A stretch of DNA of 64,000 nt. Source: Novosphingobium sp. Its GTDB lineage: Bacteria; Pseudomonadota; Alphaproteobacteria; Sphingomonadales; Sphingomonadaceae. Within the stretch, counting starts at the first letter, position 1. Each line of letters starts with the position of its first letter. The notes under the pieces are model-generated. The model was not told the DNA's origin and searched no databases. It worked only from the letters and a program-made list of their open reading frames with translations. Position numbers and translations under genes: made by a program. Where the stretch lies: the NCBI RefSeq assembly GCF_041905565.1, contig NZ_JAYRKX010000014.1:19041-83040 (forward strand). The letters run 5' to 3'. Positions 25,285 through 37,688 of this stretch are shown one piece after another.

Positions 25285-26331
25285 TCAGCCGGCGGGCTTG
25301 GCTTTCACGACGGTCGGCTTGCTCTGGAATGAAACCAGCTTCGAGAACACCCAGGCTACCGCCATCGCCGCCGCCACGGCCAGCGCCTGCACCCAGGCGT
25401 CGCGGCCGAGTGCTTCCGACACCCAGACCAGCACGGTCAGGTGGACGCAGTAGAGCGGCAGCGAGAAGGTGCCGAGCCATTCCATCGGCGCTTTCAGCGC
25501 CTGCGGCGGGTTGCTCATCGCCACCAGCCACATCACCGCGGGCAGGAACAGCATTACAAACACCAGGTCGCCATTGGCCGTGGTCAGCGGCAGGCTGGGC
25601 ACCGCGGCGATCCCGATCACCGGCACCACCATTGCCAGCCACCACGGCAGGCCGGGGGTGCGAAGGCCGTCCTTGTACTTGCGCCCGATCCACACCCCCA
25701 GGACATAGGAAAAGCCGACGCGCGGCAGGCCCATCCACCAGGTCTTCCAGGTCGGGGCATCGACCCCCATCGTGTCGGAGCGGTGCAGTTGCACGGTGTG
25801 GATCAGCCAGGCGCCCAGCGCCAGCGCCAGCACCAGCATGGCGCGGGTCGGCACTTTCTTCAGCGCCAGGGCGTGAATGAAATTGGCCAGCAATTCATAG
25901 AACAGCGTCCATTGCGGCCCGTTGAAGCGATAGAACGGTCCGCTGCCGGCCAGGCTGGGGATCATCGCCAGGTCCAGTGCCAGCCACAGCAGCAGGGTCA
26001 GCGGGTCGGCCATGCCGATGGAAAAGGCGCGCAGCGCCGCAACCCCCGCGCCAACCGCGACCAGCGGCCACAGCCGCACGAACCGCGCCTTGGTGAATTC
26101 GAAGGCGCCGATTCCGGCATTGAGCTTCTTTTCCGTCGAAACCGCCAGCACGAACCCGCTGAGCAGGAAGAACATGTCGACGAACAGGTAGCCGCGCACG
26201 AACAACCCGTTCACCCGGTAGACGATGTCGAGGTGGTAAAGCATGATCATGAAGGCCGCGATCCCGCGCAGCCCGTCGAGCTGGAACAGCCGCGCCGGAT
26301 GCGCTGGTGCCGTGCCTGCTGCCTGTGTCAT
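25285..26331 (-). CDS. Acyltransferase family 3 membrane protein
   Basis: Start 'MTQAAGTAPAHPARLFQLDGLRGIAAFMIMLYHL', the typical acyltransferase-3 N-terminus. About 10 TM segments. The track ORF is 89 codons too long. Confidence 0.85.
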   Translation of the reverse strand: MTQAAGTAPAHPARLFQLDGLRGIAAFMIMLYHLDIVYRVNGLFVRGYLFVDMFFLLSGFVLAVSTEKKLNAGIGAFEFTKARFVRLWPLVAVGAGVAALRAFSIGMADPLTLLLWLALDLAMIPSLAGSGPFYRFNGPQWTLFYELLANFIHALALKKVPTRAMLVLALALGAWLIHTVQLHRSDTMGVDAPTWKTWWMGLPRVGFSYVLGVWIGRKYKDGLRTPGLPWWLAMVVPVIGIAAVPSLPLTTANGDLVFVMLFLPAVMWLVAMSNPPQALKAPMEWLGTFSLPLYCVHLTVLVWVSEALGRDAWVQALAVAAAMAVAWVFSKLVSFQSKPTVVKAKPAG

Positions 26332-26470
26332 GCCAAATTCCCCCGTGTCCCGCTGCCCGCCGCCCTTACACCGCAAGTAGGGGGGCTTGGCAAGGACGAC
26401 TGGGCATTGCCAGACAGGGCCGGGCCGCACCACTGGACGCATCGGGCGCGATGCACTATATCGTCGGGCG

Positions 26471-26746
26471 ATGAACCGCTTGCTTCTTGCCCTTCTGGCC
26501 CTGCTGACAGGGCTGGCCGCGCAGGTTTCCCCTGCCCAGGCGCGGATGAGCGGTGCGTCCGACACCGAAATCGGTACGGTCGAAGGGCTGCGCAGCACGG
26601 CCCGGCCGGCGTTGCCCGCGCAGTCGATTGCCGCCCCCGTCGTCCGCCAGGAACGCCGCGAACAGGAAGCTTCGCGCAGCCGGCCGGTGCGGGCGCGCGT
26701 CTACATCCCCTCGGTCCTGTTCGGGCCCGACCGCGCAATCGAATAG
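26471..26746 (+). CDS. Hypothetical small secreted protein
   Basis: 91 aa with signal peptide 'MNRLLLALLALLTGLAAQVSPAQA'. No recognisable domain; moderate coding bias. Confidence 0.45.
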   Translation: MNRLLLALLALLTGLAAQVSPAQARMSGASDTEIGTVEGLRSTARPALPAQSIAAPVVRQERREQEASRSRPVRARVYIPSVLFGPDRAIE

Positions 26747-26838
26747 CGCCCCGGCGTCAGCCGTCTTGACCAGCCTGCGCGGGACACCCGGCGCGGGCTT
26801 TTGCCCCATACAGTCATCACTATATCAGGAATCTGCCC

Positions 26839-29571
<2,733 letters not shown>

Positions 29572-29579
29572 GCTGAGCG

Positions 29580-30317
29580 GTGGATTGGCTCCCCGCCGGG
29601 TTCTTCGCCACCGCGCTGCTCTATGCGTCGGTGGGGTTCGGCGGGGGCTCCACCTATAACGCGCTGCTGGCGCTGGCCGGGTTCGATTACCGGCTGCTGC
29701 CGCTGGTCGCACTGACCTGCAACGTGGTGGTAGTCACCGGCGGCACGATCCGCTTTGCGCGCGCCGGGGCGGTGCCGTGGCGTGGGGCGCTGGCGCTCTC
29801 GCTGGTCGCCGCGCCGCTGGCCTTCCTGGGCGGGCTGACCCCGCTGCGCGAGGCGACCTTCCTGTTCATCCTCGGCCTCAGCCTGGTCGCGGCGGGGCTG
29901 GCGCTGTTGCTGCCCCGCGCGAGCGAGGGGGCCGAACCGCCAGCGCGGCTGGCCCGCTACATGGCCGTCATCGCCGCGCCGCTCGGCTATCTGGCCGGAC
30001 TGGTCGGGATCGGCGGCGGGATATTCCTTGCCCCGGTGCTGCACCTGGCGCGGTGGGATGCGGCGCGGCGGATCGCGGCGACGACCAGCGTGTTCATCCT
30101 GATCAATTCGCTGGCCGGGATCGCCGGGCAACTGGCCAAGAACGGCCCCGAGCGCTTTGCCGAAGCGCTGTCGGGCGCGCTGCCGCTGCTGGTGGCGGTC
30201 GTGCTGGGCGGGCAACTGGGCAGCCTGCTGGCGCTGCGCCTGCTGCCCGAACGGGTGATTCGCTGGCTGACCGCGGCGCTGACCATCTGGGCCGGCAGCC
30301 GCCTGCTGATCGGTTGA
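29580..30317 (+). CDS. TauE/SafE family sulfite-exporter-like membrane protein
   Basis: 245 aa with a GTG start. Eight hydrophobic segments with repeated 'GxGGG' motifs (VGFGGGSTY, VGIGGGIFLAP). Confidence 0.82.
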   Translation: MDWLPAGFFATALLYASVGFGGGSTYNALLALAGFDYRLLPLVALTCNVVVVTGGTIRFARAGAVPWRGALALSLVAAPLAFLGGLTPLREATFLFILGLSLVAAGLALLLPRASEGAEPPARLARYMAVIAAPLGYLAGLVGIGGGIFLAPVLHLARWDAARRIAATTSVFILINSLAGIAGQLAKNGPERFAEALSGALPLLVAVVLGGQLGSLLALRLLPERVIRWLTAALTIWAGSRLLIG

Positions 30318-30369
30318 CGCTTAGGGACAGCGTATTAGTCTGCAATCCTAACATCTGAGAGGATTGCCG

Positions 30370-31401
30370 ATGACCATGGCCGGACCGCTGCCCGCCACCA
30401 ACAATGACCGAATCGTCTGGGACACGTATCTGGCGGCCTACCGCCTGCCGGTGCTGACCGTTGCGGACGAGGTTGGTACGCTGGCCGCACTGTCTGCCCA
30501 CGCGCTCGATACGGCCGCGCTCGCGGCGCAGCTATCGGTCAATGCCCGCGCGCTGGCCATCCACCTCTCGCTGCTCGCAGCGATGGGCTTCGTCGAGCGG
30601 CGCGAGGGACTGTGGCGCGCCACCGCCGAGGCGCGGCGCTGGCTCCACCCCGAAGCGGAAGGCTATTGCGGCCCGTTGATCCATGGCTTTCGCCAGTCGC
30701 AGCCGCTGCACGAACAGCTGCTTGCCACCCTGCGCACCGGCGAGAAGGCCGAGGGCCACGCCTCCGCCGCGGCTGAGTGGGAACGCGGTGATTTACCGCC
30801 CGAACTGGCGGTGCGGATCACTGCCTTCATGAATGCCCACAGCCAGGCCTCCGCGCGCGGTGTCGCGATGCTGCCGCTGTTCGCCGAGGTCCGCTCGCTG
30901 CTCGATGTCGGCGGCGGCTCGGGAATCTTCGCGATCCAGCTGGCCAGGGCCTGGCCGCGGCTGCGCGCCACCGTAATGGAGATTGCCAGCGTTTGCGCGG
31001 CGGCTGACAGCTACATCGCCGAGGCCGGGGTGGAGGGTCGCGTAGCAACGCAGGCGGTCAACATGTTCACTGAAGCGTGGCCGCAGGGCCACGATGCGCT
31101 GTTCTTTTCCAACGTGTTCCACGACTGGTCCGAACCGACCTGCCAGATCCTCGCCGACAAGGCCTTCGCCGCGCTGCCCAGCGGCGGCAGGATTCTGCTG
31201 CACGAAATGTTGCTTGATGACGACCACTGCGGCCCGCTGGCCACTGCGGCCTTCTCGGTGCTGATGCTGCTTGGCACGCGCGGGCGGCAGTACAGCTTTG
31301 CCGAATTGCGCGGGATGCTGGAGCAGGCCGGGTTCACCCAGGTCGAAACCTGCGAGACCGGCGGCGGCTACTACTCGCTGGTCAGCGCCGTCAAACCCTG
31401 A
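30370..31401 (+). CDS. Class I SAM-dependent O-methyltransferase (family 2, with N-terminal dimerisation/winged-helix domain)
   Basis: ATG at 30370 preceded by GAGAGGA. SAM-binding 'LLDVGGGSGIFAI'. The overall layout resembles plant/bacterial small-molecule O-methyltransferases. Substrate unknown. Confidence 0.8.
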   Translation: MTMAGPLPATNNDRIVWDTYLAAYRLPVLTVADEVGTLAALSAHALDTAALAAQLSVNARALAIHLSLLAAMGFVERREGLWRATAEARRWLHPEAEGYCGPLIHGFRQSQPLHEQLLATLRTGEKAEGHASAAAEWERGDLPPELAVRITAFMNAHSQASARGVAMLPLFAEVRSLLDVGGGSGIFAIQLARAWPRLRATVMEIASVCAAADSYIAEAGVEGRVATQAVNMFTEAWPQGHDALFFSNVFHDWSEPTCQILADKAFAALPSGGRILLHEMLLDDDHCGPLATAAFSVLMLLGTRGRQYSFAELRGMLEQAGFTQVETCETGGGYYSLVSAVKP

Positions 31402-31403
31402 CC

Positions 31404-31440
31404 CAAAAAGCAAAAGCCCCGCCGGTGAGGGCGGGGCTTT
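31404..31440 (-). terminator. Rho-independent terminator downstream of tRNA-Asn (hairpin shared with the end of the methyltransferase gene)
   Basis: Perfect 11-bp stem AAAGCCCCGCC / GGCGGGGCTTT. On the minus strand it is followed by TTTTGCTTTTT. Confidence 0.6.
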
Positions 31441-31459
31441 GCAATGCCCGAGGCGGGGA

Positions 31460-31534
31460 TGGCTCCCCGAGTAGGATTCGAACCTACGGCCAAGTGATTA
31501 ACAGTCACCTACTCTACCGCTGAGCTATCGGGGA
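31460..31534 (-). tRNA. tRNA-Asn (anticodon GTT)
   Basis: The reverse complement reads TCCCCGATAGCTCAGCGGTAGAGT...GACTGTTAATC...GGTTCGAATCC...TCGGGGAGCCA, a full cloverleaf with an encoded CCA. Confidence 0.93.
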
Positions 31535-31563
31535 ATGTTCCCCCGCCTGCGGGCAGGGGTGCG

Positions 31564-31591
31564 CCTATACCAGCGTCGGAATATTTGGCAA
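31564..31591 (-). promoter_or_regulatory. Putative sigma70-type promoter of tRNA-Asn
   Basis: Minus strand reads TTGCCA (31591..31586), 16 nt, TATAGG (31569..31564), then discriminator CGCAC. It lies 29 nt upstream of the tRNA 5' end. Confidence 0.5.
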
Positions 31592-31615
31592 GCGGGTCTG
31601 CCAGCAAAATTTCGT

Positions 31616-32395
31616 TCAGAAGTGGAATTGCTCGGCAAAGATGCGTTCTTCGAGCGTCTTGCCGGGGTCGAACAGCAAGGTCAGGCGGTCCTGCCGCGCC
31701 ACCTTGACCTTCACTGCCAGGATGTCGCGCAGTTCCTTCTGGTCGGCCACGGTCGCCACCGGGCGCTTTTCGGGTTCGAGCACGCGAAAATCGATCTCGT
31801 AGTGATCGGGAATGATCGCGCCGCGCCAGCGCCGGGGCCGGAACGGGCTGATCGGGGTCAGCGCCAGCATGTTCGATCCCATCGGCAGGATCGGGCCGTT
31901 GGCCGACAGGTTGTAGGCGGTGGAACCCGCCGGGGTCGACACCAGGATGCCGTCGCAGAACAGTTCGGGCAGCCGGACCTTGCCGTTGACCGACACTTCC
32001 AGCTTCGCGGTCTGGCGGGTTTCGCGCAGCAGCGACACTTCGTTGATCGCGCAGAAGCTTTCCTGCTTGCCGCTGCCGGTGGTGGCGATCATTTCCAGCG
32101 GGGTGACATCGAGCGGGCGGGCGCGGGCGACGCGTTCGGCCAGCGGGCGGCTCGACTTGGGGCGGTTCATCATGAAGCCCACGGTGCCATAATTCAGGCC
32201 GTAAGCCGGGATCACCCGGCCATGATCCAGCATGTGGTGCAGGCAGTGCAGCATGTGCCCATCACCGCCCAGCACCACGGCCACGTCCGCCTCTTCCAGC
32301 GGCACGAACTGGTGCTGTTCCTGCAGGAACTGCGCCGCCTCCTCCGCGCGGGGCGTGTCCGAGGGCATCAGGGCAAGGCGCTGGCGTTGGCTCAT
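31616..32395 (-). CDS. nadK: NAD kinase
   Basis: 'VVLGGDGHMLH' GGDG motif and 'TPAGSTAYNLSANGPI' NAD kinase motif. Start taken at 'MSQRQRL'; two upstream alternatives exist. Confidence 0.88.
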   Translation of the reverse strand: MSQRQRLALMPSDTPRAEEAAQFLQEQHQFVPLEEADVAVVLGGDGHMLHCLHHMLDHGRVIPAYGLNYGTVGFMMNRPKSSRPLAERVARARPLDVTPLEMIATTGSGKQESFCAINEVSLLRETRQTAKLEVSVNGKVRLPELFCDGILVSTPAGSTAYNLSANGPILPMGSNMLALTPISPFRPRRWRGAIIPDHYEIDFRVLEPEKRPVATVADQKELRDILAVKVKVARQDRLTLLFDPGKTLEERIFAEQFHF

Positions 32396-32497
32396 GGTGC
32401 GCGGTGTATGCATGCCCGCCTGCTTTGGCAATGAGTGCGGGCCGGTTCACTTTGGCGGGAACACTTTTGCAGGAACCTTGTGCTATGGCCTCAGGCG

Positions 32498-33790
32498 ATG
32501 AGCGCGCTTCACCCTGACGAGCTTGATGCCGGCCGCGATGCCGTGACCGGCCTGCCCGGGGCCGATGCGGCGCGGGCGCGGCTGGGCGAATGGCTGGCGC
32601 GGGGCGAACAGGTCCATGCGCTGCTGATCGGCCTGCGCCGGTTCGATGCGGTCAACCTGGCTTACGGCGCCAGCAGCGGCGATGTGGCGCTGGGCGAACT
32701 GGCGCAGCGAATCAAGCATTTCGCCGCCGACGAGCTGGACGGACCGTGGCTGGCTGCGCGGGGCGGGGGCGGGCAGTTCCTGCTGCTCAGCGCCGATCCG
32801 TGCAGCCGCGAACGCTGGCAGCTGTTCGGCGCCGAATTGCTGGACCGGCTGGCCCGGCCGATCGCCACAGCCAGCGGCACGGTGCGGCCCAGCCCGCGCG
32901 CGGCGCTGCTGCGCGGCCTGGCCGAGGAAAGCGTCGATTCGCTGCTCGACCGGCTGGCCCACGCGCTCGACCGGGTGATGGCCCAGCCGGCCCGCCGCCT
33001 GCTGTGGGGCGATGGCGAGGCGACCCGCGCCGGGCGCCGCGCCGCCCTGCTTGAGGCGGACCTGCTCCAGGCGCTCGACCGGGGCGAGATCGAGGTGCTC
33101 TATCAGCCGCAGTTCTCCTGCCTCGACGACCGGCTGAGCGGGGCCGAGGCACTGGCCCGCTGGGATCACCCGCAATTGGGCCGGATCGGCGCGGGCGGCC
33201 TGTTCGCGATCGCCGAGCGGGCCGACCACGTTGCGCAATTGAGCCGCGAGATCCAGCGCCGCGCATTGGAAGGCGCGCGCGACTGGCCGATGGACCTGCG
33301 CCTCTCGCTCAACGTCACGCCCAACGATCTGATCGCGGAAAACTTTGCCGCCGAATTTGCCGCGCTGGTCAAGGACAGCGGCTTTGCGCCGTGGCGGGTG
33401 ACGCTGGAAGTGACCGAACAGGTCCTGCTGGCCGATGTCAGCCACGCCGCGCGCGCGCTGGGCCAGCTGGCGGGGCAGGGGATGCGCATCGCGCTTGACG
33501 ATTTCGGGGCGGGGTTCTGCAACTTCCGCTACTTGAAGCTGCTGCCGCTGCATTACCTCAAGCTGGACCGCAGCATGATCGACGGCGTGGCGGGCGACGC
33601 CCGCGACTTGGCGGTGCTCCGCGCGATCCTGGCCATGGCCGGGGCGCTGGATCTGAAGGTCATTGCCGAAGGCGTCGAAACTGAAGCCCAGCGCGTGCTG
33701 GCGGCGCACGAAGGCTGCGCCTTTTACCAGGGCTTCCTGCGCGCGCAGCCGATGAGTGCCGCCGAATTCACCGCCCTGGCGCGCAGCTAG
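32498..33790 (+). CDS. Degenerate GGDEF - EAL domain protein (putative c-di-GMP phosphodiesterase)
   Basis: EAL-domain motifs 'EVLYQPQ', 'NVTPNDL', 'DDFGAGF', 'LKLD', 'EGVETEAQ'. The N-terminal GGDEF-like region has 'ASSGD' in place of GG(D/E)EF. Confidence 0.85.
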   Translation: MSALHPDELDAGRDAVTGLPGADAARARLGEWLARGEQVHALLIGLRRFDAVNLAYGASSGDVALGELAQRIKHFAADELDGPWLAARGGGGQFLLLSADPCSRERWQLFGAELLDRLARPIATASGTVRPSPRAALLRGLAEESVDSLLDRLAHALDRVMAQPARRLLWGDGEATRAGRRAALLEADLLQALDRGEIEVLYQPQFSCLDDRLSGAEALARWDHPQLGRIGAGGLFAIAERADHVAQLSREIQRRALEGARDWPMDLRLSLNVTPNDLIAENFAAEFAALVKDSGFAPWRVTLEVTEQVLLADVSHAARALGQLAGQGMRIALDDFGAGFCNFRYLKLLPLHYLKLDRSMIDGVAGDARDLAVLRAILAMAGALDLKVIAEGVETEAQRVLAAHEGCAFYQGFLRAQPMSAAEFTALARS

Positions 33791-36700
33791 CGTGCCTTGC
33801 GGGCGATCTGGCTCAGCCCCTTGGTCAGCTGGAACAGCCCGTTGAGCCGCGCTTCGGCGCTGCCCCAGGCGCGCTGCACCACGATCTTGCTGTCGGGCCG
33901 CAGCTTGATCGTGCCCGCCAGCCGTTCGGCATAGGCGACCAGCCCGGCCGGATCGGCGAACTGGTCGCCGTGGAAGGCGACCAGCGTGCCCTTCGGCCCG
34001 ACGTCGATCTTGGCGATGTTCGCCTCGATCGCCTGGCGCTTGATCTGGATGAGCTTGATCAGGTTGGCGGTCGGGGCGGGCAGCGGGCCGAAGCGGTCGA
34101 TCATTTCGGCCGAGAGCGATTCGACTTCGCCCGCGTCCTCGGCATCGTTGAGGCGGCGGTAGAGCGCCATGCGCACCGCGAGATCCGGCACATAGTCTTC
34201 CGGGATCATGATTGGTGCATCGACCGTGATCTGCGGGCTGAGCGCGTGACGTTCCTTGGCAATGCCCATGTCGCCCGCCTTGGCCGCCAGAATCGCGTCC
34301 TCAAGCATCGACTGGTACAGCTCGAACCCGACCTCGCGGATATGCCCGCTCTGCTCGTCGCCGAGCAGGTTGCCCGCGCCGCGAATGTCGAGATCGTGGC
34401 TGGCGAGCTGGAACCCCGCGCCGAGCGAATCGAGATCGCCGAGCACCTTCAGCCGCTTTTCCGCCACTTCGGACAGCTGGGTATCCGCCGGGGTGGTGAG
34501 ATAGGCATAGGCGCGCAGCTTCGACCGGCCCACCCGCCCGCGCAACTGGTAGAGCTGGGCGAGGCCGAAGCGGTCGGCGCGGTGGATGATGATCGTGTTG
34601 GCGCTCGGAATATCCAGCCCGCTTTCGACGATGGTGGTGGAGAGGAGCACTTCGTACTTCTTCTCGTAGAAGGCGCTCATCCGCTCTTCCACTTCGCCCG
34701 CCGCCATCTGGCCGTGGGCGGAGATATAGCGGACTTCGGGCACGGTCTTGTGCAGCCAGTCCTCGACCTCGGCCATGTCGGCGATGCGGGGGACGACGAT
34801 GAAGCTCTGCCCGCCGCGGTGGTGTTCGCGCAGCAAGGCCTCGCGCATCACCATGTCGTCCCATTCCATCACATAGGTGCGCACCGCGAGGCGGTCGACC
34901 GGGGCGGTCTGGATAGTGGACAGCTCGCGCAGGCCTGACATGGCCATCTGCAAGGTGCGCGGGATCGGCGTTGCGGTGAGCGTCAGGACGTGGACATTGT
35001 GGCGCAGCTGCTTGAGCGCTTCCTTGTGGTTGACGCCGAAACGCTGTTCCTCGTCCACGATCACCAGCCCGAGCCGTTTGAACTGCAGGCTCTTGGCGAG
35101 CAATGCATGGGTGCCGACCACGACATCGACCGTGCCGTCGGCAAGGCCAGCCTTGGTCGCCTTGGCTTCCTTGTCGCCGACCAGCCGCGACAGGCGGCCG
35201 ACGTTGAGGGGGAAGCCGGAAAAGCGCTCGGTAAAGCCGGTGAAGTGCTGGCGCGCCAGCAGGGTGGTGGGGGCGATCACCGCCACTTGCTGTCCGGCCA
35301 TGGCCGCGACGAAAGCGGCGCGCAGCGCGACCTCGGTCTTGCCGAAGCCGACGTCGCCACAGACCAGCCGGTCCATCGGCTTGCCTTCGCCCAGATCGCC
35401 CAGCACGTCCTCGATCGCGGCTTCCTGGTCCTCGGTTTCCTGCCAGGGGAACTTTTCGACGAACTGGTCGTAGCTGGACGGGTCGACCTGCAGCGCCGGA
35501 GCGGTGCGCAGCGCGCGCAGCGCGGCGGTGCGCAGCAATTCGTACGCGATCTCGCGGATGCGTTCTTTCAGCCGCGCCTTGCGCTTCTGCCAGCCTTCGC
35601 CGCCGAGCCGGTCAAGCGCGACGAATTCCGCGTCCGAGCCATAGCGCGACAGGACGTCGATATTCTCGACCGGCACATAGAGCTTGTCGCCGCCGGCATA
35701 TTCGAGCGCCACGCAGTCGTGCGGACTATCGCCCACCGGGATGGATTGCAGCCCGACATAGCGGCCGATCCCGTGCTCCATGTGGACCACCAGGTCGCCC
35801 GGGGTCAGCGCGCTGAGTTCGGCAAGGAACGCGTCCGCGCCCTTGCGGCGCTTCTTGCGGCGGACCAGCCGGTCGCCCAGCATGTCCTGTTCGGTGACCA
35901 GTTCCAGCTCGTCGCTGGAGAAGCCGGTTTCCAGCGGCAGGACCAGCGCCACCGGCGCGCCCTTGGCCGCCAGACCCATCGCTTCCTGCCAGCTTTCGGC
36001 CAGGACCGGGGCGGGGCGCGCCGCTTCGCCCAGGATCGCGGCGATGCGCGCGCGGCTGCCCTGGCTGTAGGCGGCGATCAGGGTCTTGCGCCCGCGCTTG
36101 GCCTGCCCGGCGAGATACTGCGCGGCGGCTTCGTAAACGTTGTCGCCGCGCGCGCGCTCGGGCGCGAAGTCGCGGCTGCCGGCAAAGCCGAAGTCGACCA
36201 CCCCGGCGCTGTCCGGCTGGGCGAAGATGTCGGTGCGGTGGATCGGGCGGCCCTGCAAGGCCGCGTCGAGCTCCGCGCGGGCCAGGTAGAGCGCATCGGG
36301 CGCCAGCGGGCGGTACGACCCGGCCGCCTTGCCCGACGTGTCGGAACGCGCGGCGTAGTAATCGGCAATGTCGGCCAGCCGTTCGTCCGCCGCGCCTTGC
36401 GCCGCGCTGTCAATCAGCACCAGGTCGGCCGCGCCGAGGTGGTCGAACAGCGTGGCCATCCGGTCCTCGAACAGCGGCAGCCAATGTTCCATCCCGGCCA
36501 GCCGCCGTCCGTCGCTGACCGCCTGGTACAGCGGATCGCCGGTCGCATTGGCGCCAAACTGTTCGCGGTAGCGGCCGCGAAAGCGCTTGATCGATTCCTC
36601 GTCGAGCAAGGCCTCGCTGGCGGGCAGCAGCAGGTGTTCGGGGATCGCCCCGATCGAACGCTGGGTGTTGGGATCGAACAGGCGCAGCGTTTCCAGCTCG

Positions 36701-37275
36701 TCCCCGAAGAAGTCGAGCCGCAGGCCGTGATCCAGCCCGGACGGATAGATGTCGAACAGCGAACCGCGCACCGCGTATTCGCCGGCATCGGCCACCGTAT
36801 CGGTGCGCGAATAGCCCTGGCGCTGCAGCAGCGCGATCAGGCTTTCGCGCCCGATCGACATGCCCGGTTGCAGCGCGCGGACGCTTTCGCGGATGCGGAA
36901 CGGGGTCTGCACGCGTTGCAGCACGGCGTTGATCGTGGTGACCAGCAGCTGCGGCGCGCGCGGCTTGGCTTGAAGCCGGTAAAGCGCCGCCAGCCGCCGC
37001 GCGCTGACCGACAGGGCCGGGCTGGCGCGGTCATAGGGCAGGCAGTCCCACGCGGGGAAGGCCAGCACATCCAGTTCCGGCGCGAAGAAGGCGGCGCTGT
37101 CGACAATCGCCTGCATCGCGGCTTCGTCCGGCGCGATGAACGCCGCCCGCCCGCCGCGCGCTCCCGCATGGGCGGCGCGGGCCAGATCGGCCAGCACCAG
37201 CGGCTGCGCGCCGCGCGCGACGGAGGACAGGGTCAGCGGGGCTTTCGCCGCCAGGATTTTCGACAGGTCAGGCAT
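33787..37275 (-). CDS. mfd: Transcription-repair coupling factor Mfd
   Basis: About 1160 aa. UvrB-homology N-terminus, helicase motifs 'GDVGFGKTEVA' and 'VIVDEEQRFGV', and a TRG/C-terminal domain. ATG at 37275; a GTG lies one codon upstream. Confidence 0.96.
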   Translation of the reverse strand: MPDLSKILAAKAPLTLSSVARGAQPLVLADLARAAHAGARGGRAAFIAPDEAAMQAIVDSAAFFAPELDVLAFPAWDCLPYDRASPALSVSARRLAALYRLQAKPRAPQLLVTTINAVLQRVQTPFRIRESVRALQPGMSIGRESLIALLQRQGYSRTDTVADAGEYAVRGSLFDIYPSGLDHGLRLDFFGDELETLRLFDPNTQRSIGAIPEHLLLPASEALLDEESIKRFRGRYREQFGANATGDPLYQAVSDGRRLAGMEHWLPLFEDRMATLFDHLGAADLVLIDSAAQGAADERLADIADYYAARSDTSGKAAGSYRPLAPDALYLARAELDAALQGRPIHRTDIFAQPDSAGVVDFGFAGSRDFAPERARGDNVYEAAAQYLAGQAKRGRKTLIAAYSQGSRARIAAILGEAARPAPVLAESWQEAMGLAAKGAPVALVLPLETGFSSDELELVTEQDMLGDRLVRRKKRRKGADAFLAELSALTPGDLVVHMEHGIGRYVGLQSIPVGDSPHDCVALEYAGGDKLYVPVENIDVLSRYGSDAEFVALDRLGGEGWQKRKARLKERIREIAYELLRTAALRALRTAPALQVDPSSYDQFVEKFPWQETEDQEAAIEDVLGDLGEGKPMDRLVCGDVGFGKTEVALRAAFVAAMAGQQVAVIAPTTLLARQHFTGFTERFSGFPLNVGRLSRLVGDKEAKATKAGLADGTVDVVVGTHALLAKSLQFKRLGLVIVDEEQRFGVNHKEALKQLRHNVHVLTLTATPIPRTLQMAMSGLRELSTIQTAPVDRLAVRTYVMEWDDMVMREALLREHHRGGQSFIVVPRIADMAEVEDWLHKTVPEVRYISAHGQMAAGEVEERMSAFYEKKYEVLLSTTIVESGLDIPSANTIIIHRADRFGLAQLYQLRGRVGRSKLRAYAYLTTPADTQLSEVAEKRLKVLGDLDSLGAGFQLASHDLDIRGAGNLLGDEQSGHIREVGFELYQSMLEDAILAAKAGDMGIAKERHALSPQITVDAPIMIPEDYVPDLAVRMALYRRLNDAEDAGEVESLSAEMIDRFGPLPAPTANLIKLIQIKRQAIEANIAKIDVGPKGTLVAFHGDQFADPAGLVAYAERLAGTIKLRPDSKIVVQRAWGSAEARLNGLFQLTKGLSQIARKAR

Positions 37276-37368
37276 CACACACGCAACGGCAAGCGCCCCG
37301 CGTGCCGAATCAGGGCAAGCGGGGGGCGGGAAAGGAAGCGCAGGCCTTAGCGCCTGGCGGCGGCCCTG

Positions 37369-37650
37369 TCAGCGCGGGATGTCGACGTAGTCGAGCTTGC
37401 GGAACGCATCCATCAGCGCGCCGCGATACTCCTCGGGCACGTCCAGCGTGCCCAGCGCCCAGCCCAGGATGTCGACGTCTTCCTCGTCCAGCAGGCGTTC
37501 GAACCAGTCGATCTGGCTTTCGTCCCAAGCGGCGTGGAACTTGTCGAAAAAGCAGCCGATCATGTAGTCCGCCTCGCGCGTGCCGCGATGCCAGGCGCGG
37601 AACTTCAAGCGGCGGAGGCGGTTTTCATGCGGGCTGTCGGGCTGGTCCAT
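37369..37650 (-). CDS. sdhE: FAD assembly factor SdhE (succinate dehydrogenase assembly factor 2)
   Basis: 93 aa from 'MDQPDSP'. 'RLKFRAWHRGTREADYMIGCFFD' contains the SdhE RGxxE motif. Confidence 0.85.
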   Translation of the reverse strand: MDQPDSPHENRLRRLKFRAWHRGTREADYMIGCFFDKFHAAWDESQIDWFERLLDEEDVDILGWALGTLDVPEEYRGALMDAFRKLDYVDIPR

Positions 37651-37688
37651 GGCATCGCCGCTAGGCTGCGGCGATGCCTCTGGCAAGC

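Noticed and set aside
34990-37350. 786-aa + strand ORF opposite mfd (and 33970..34938, 322 aa)
   Set aside because: Both are antisense to mfd, which has complete helicase and TRG motifs. They have no independent start or RBS support.
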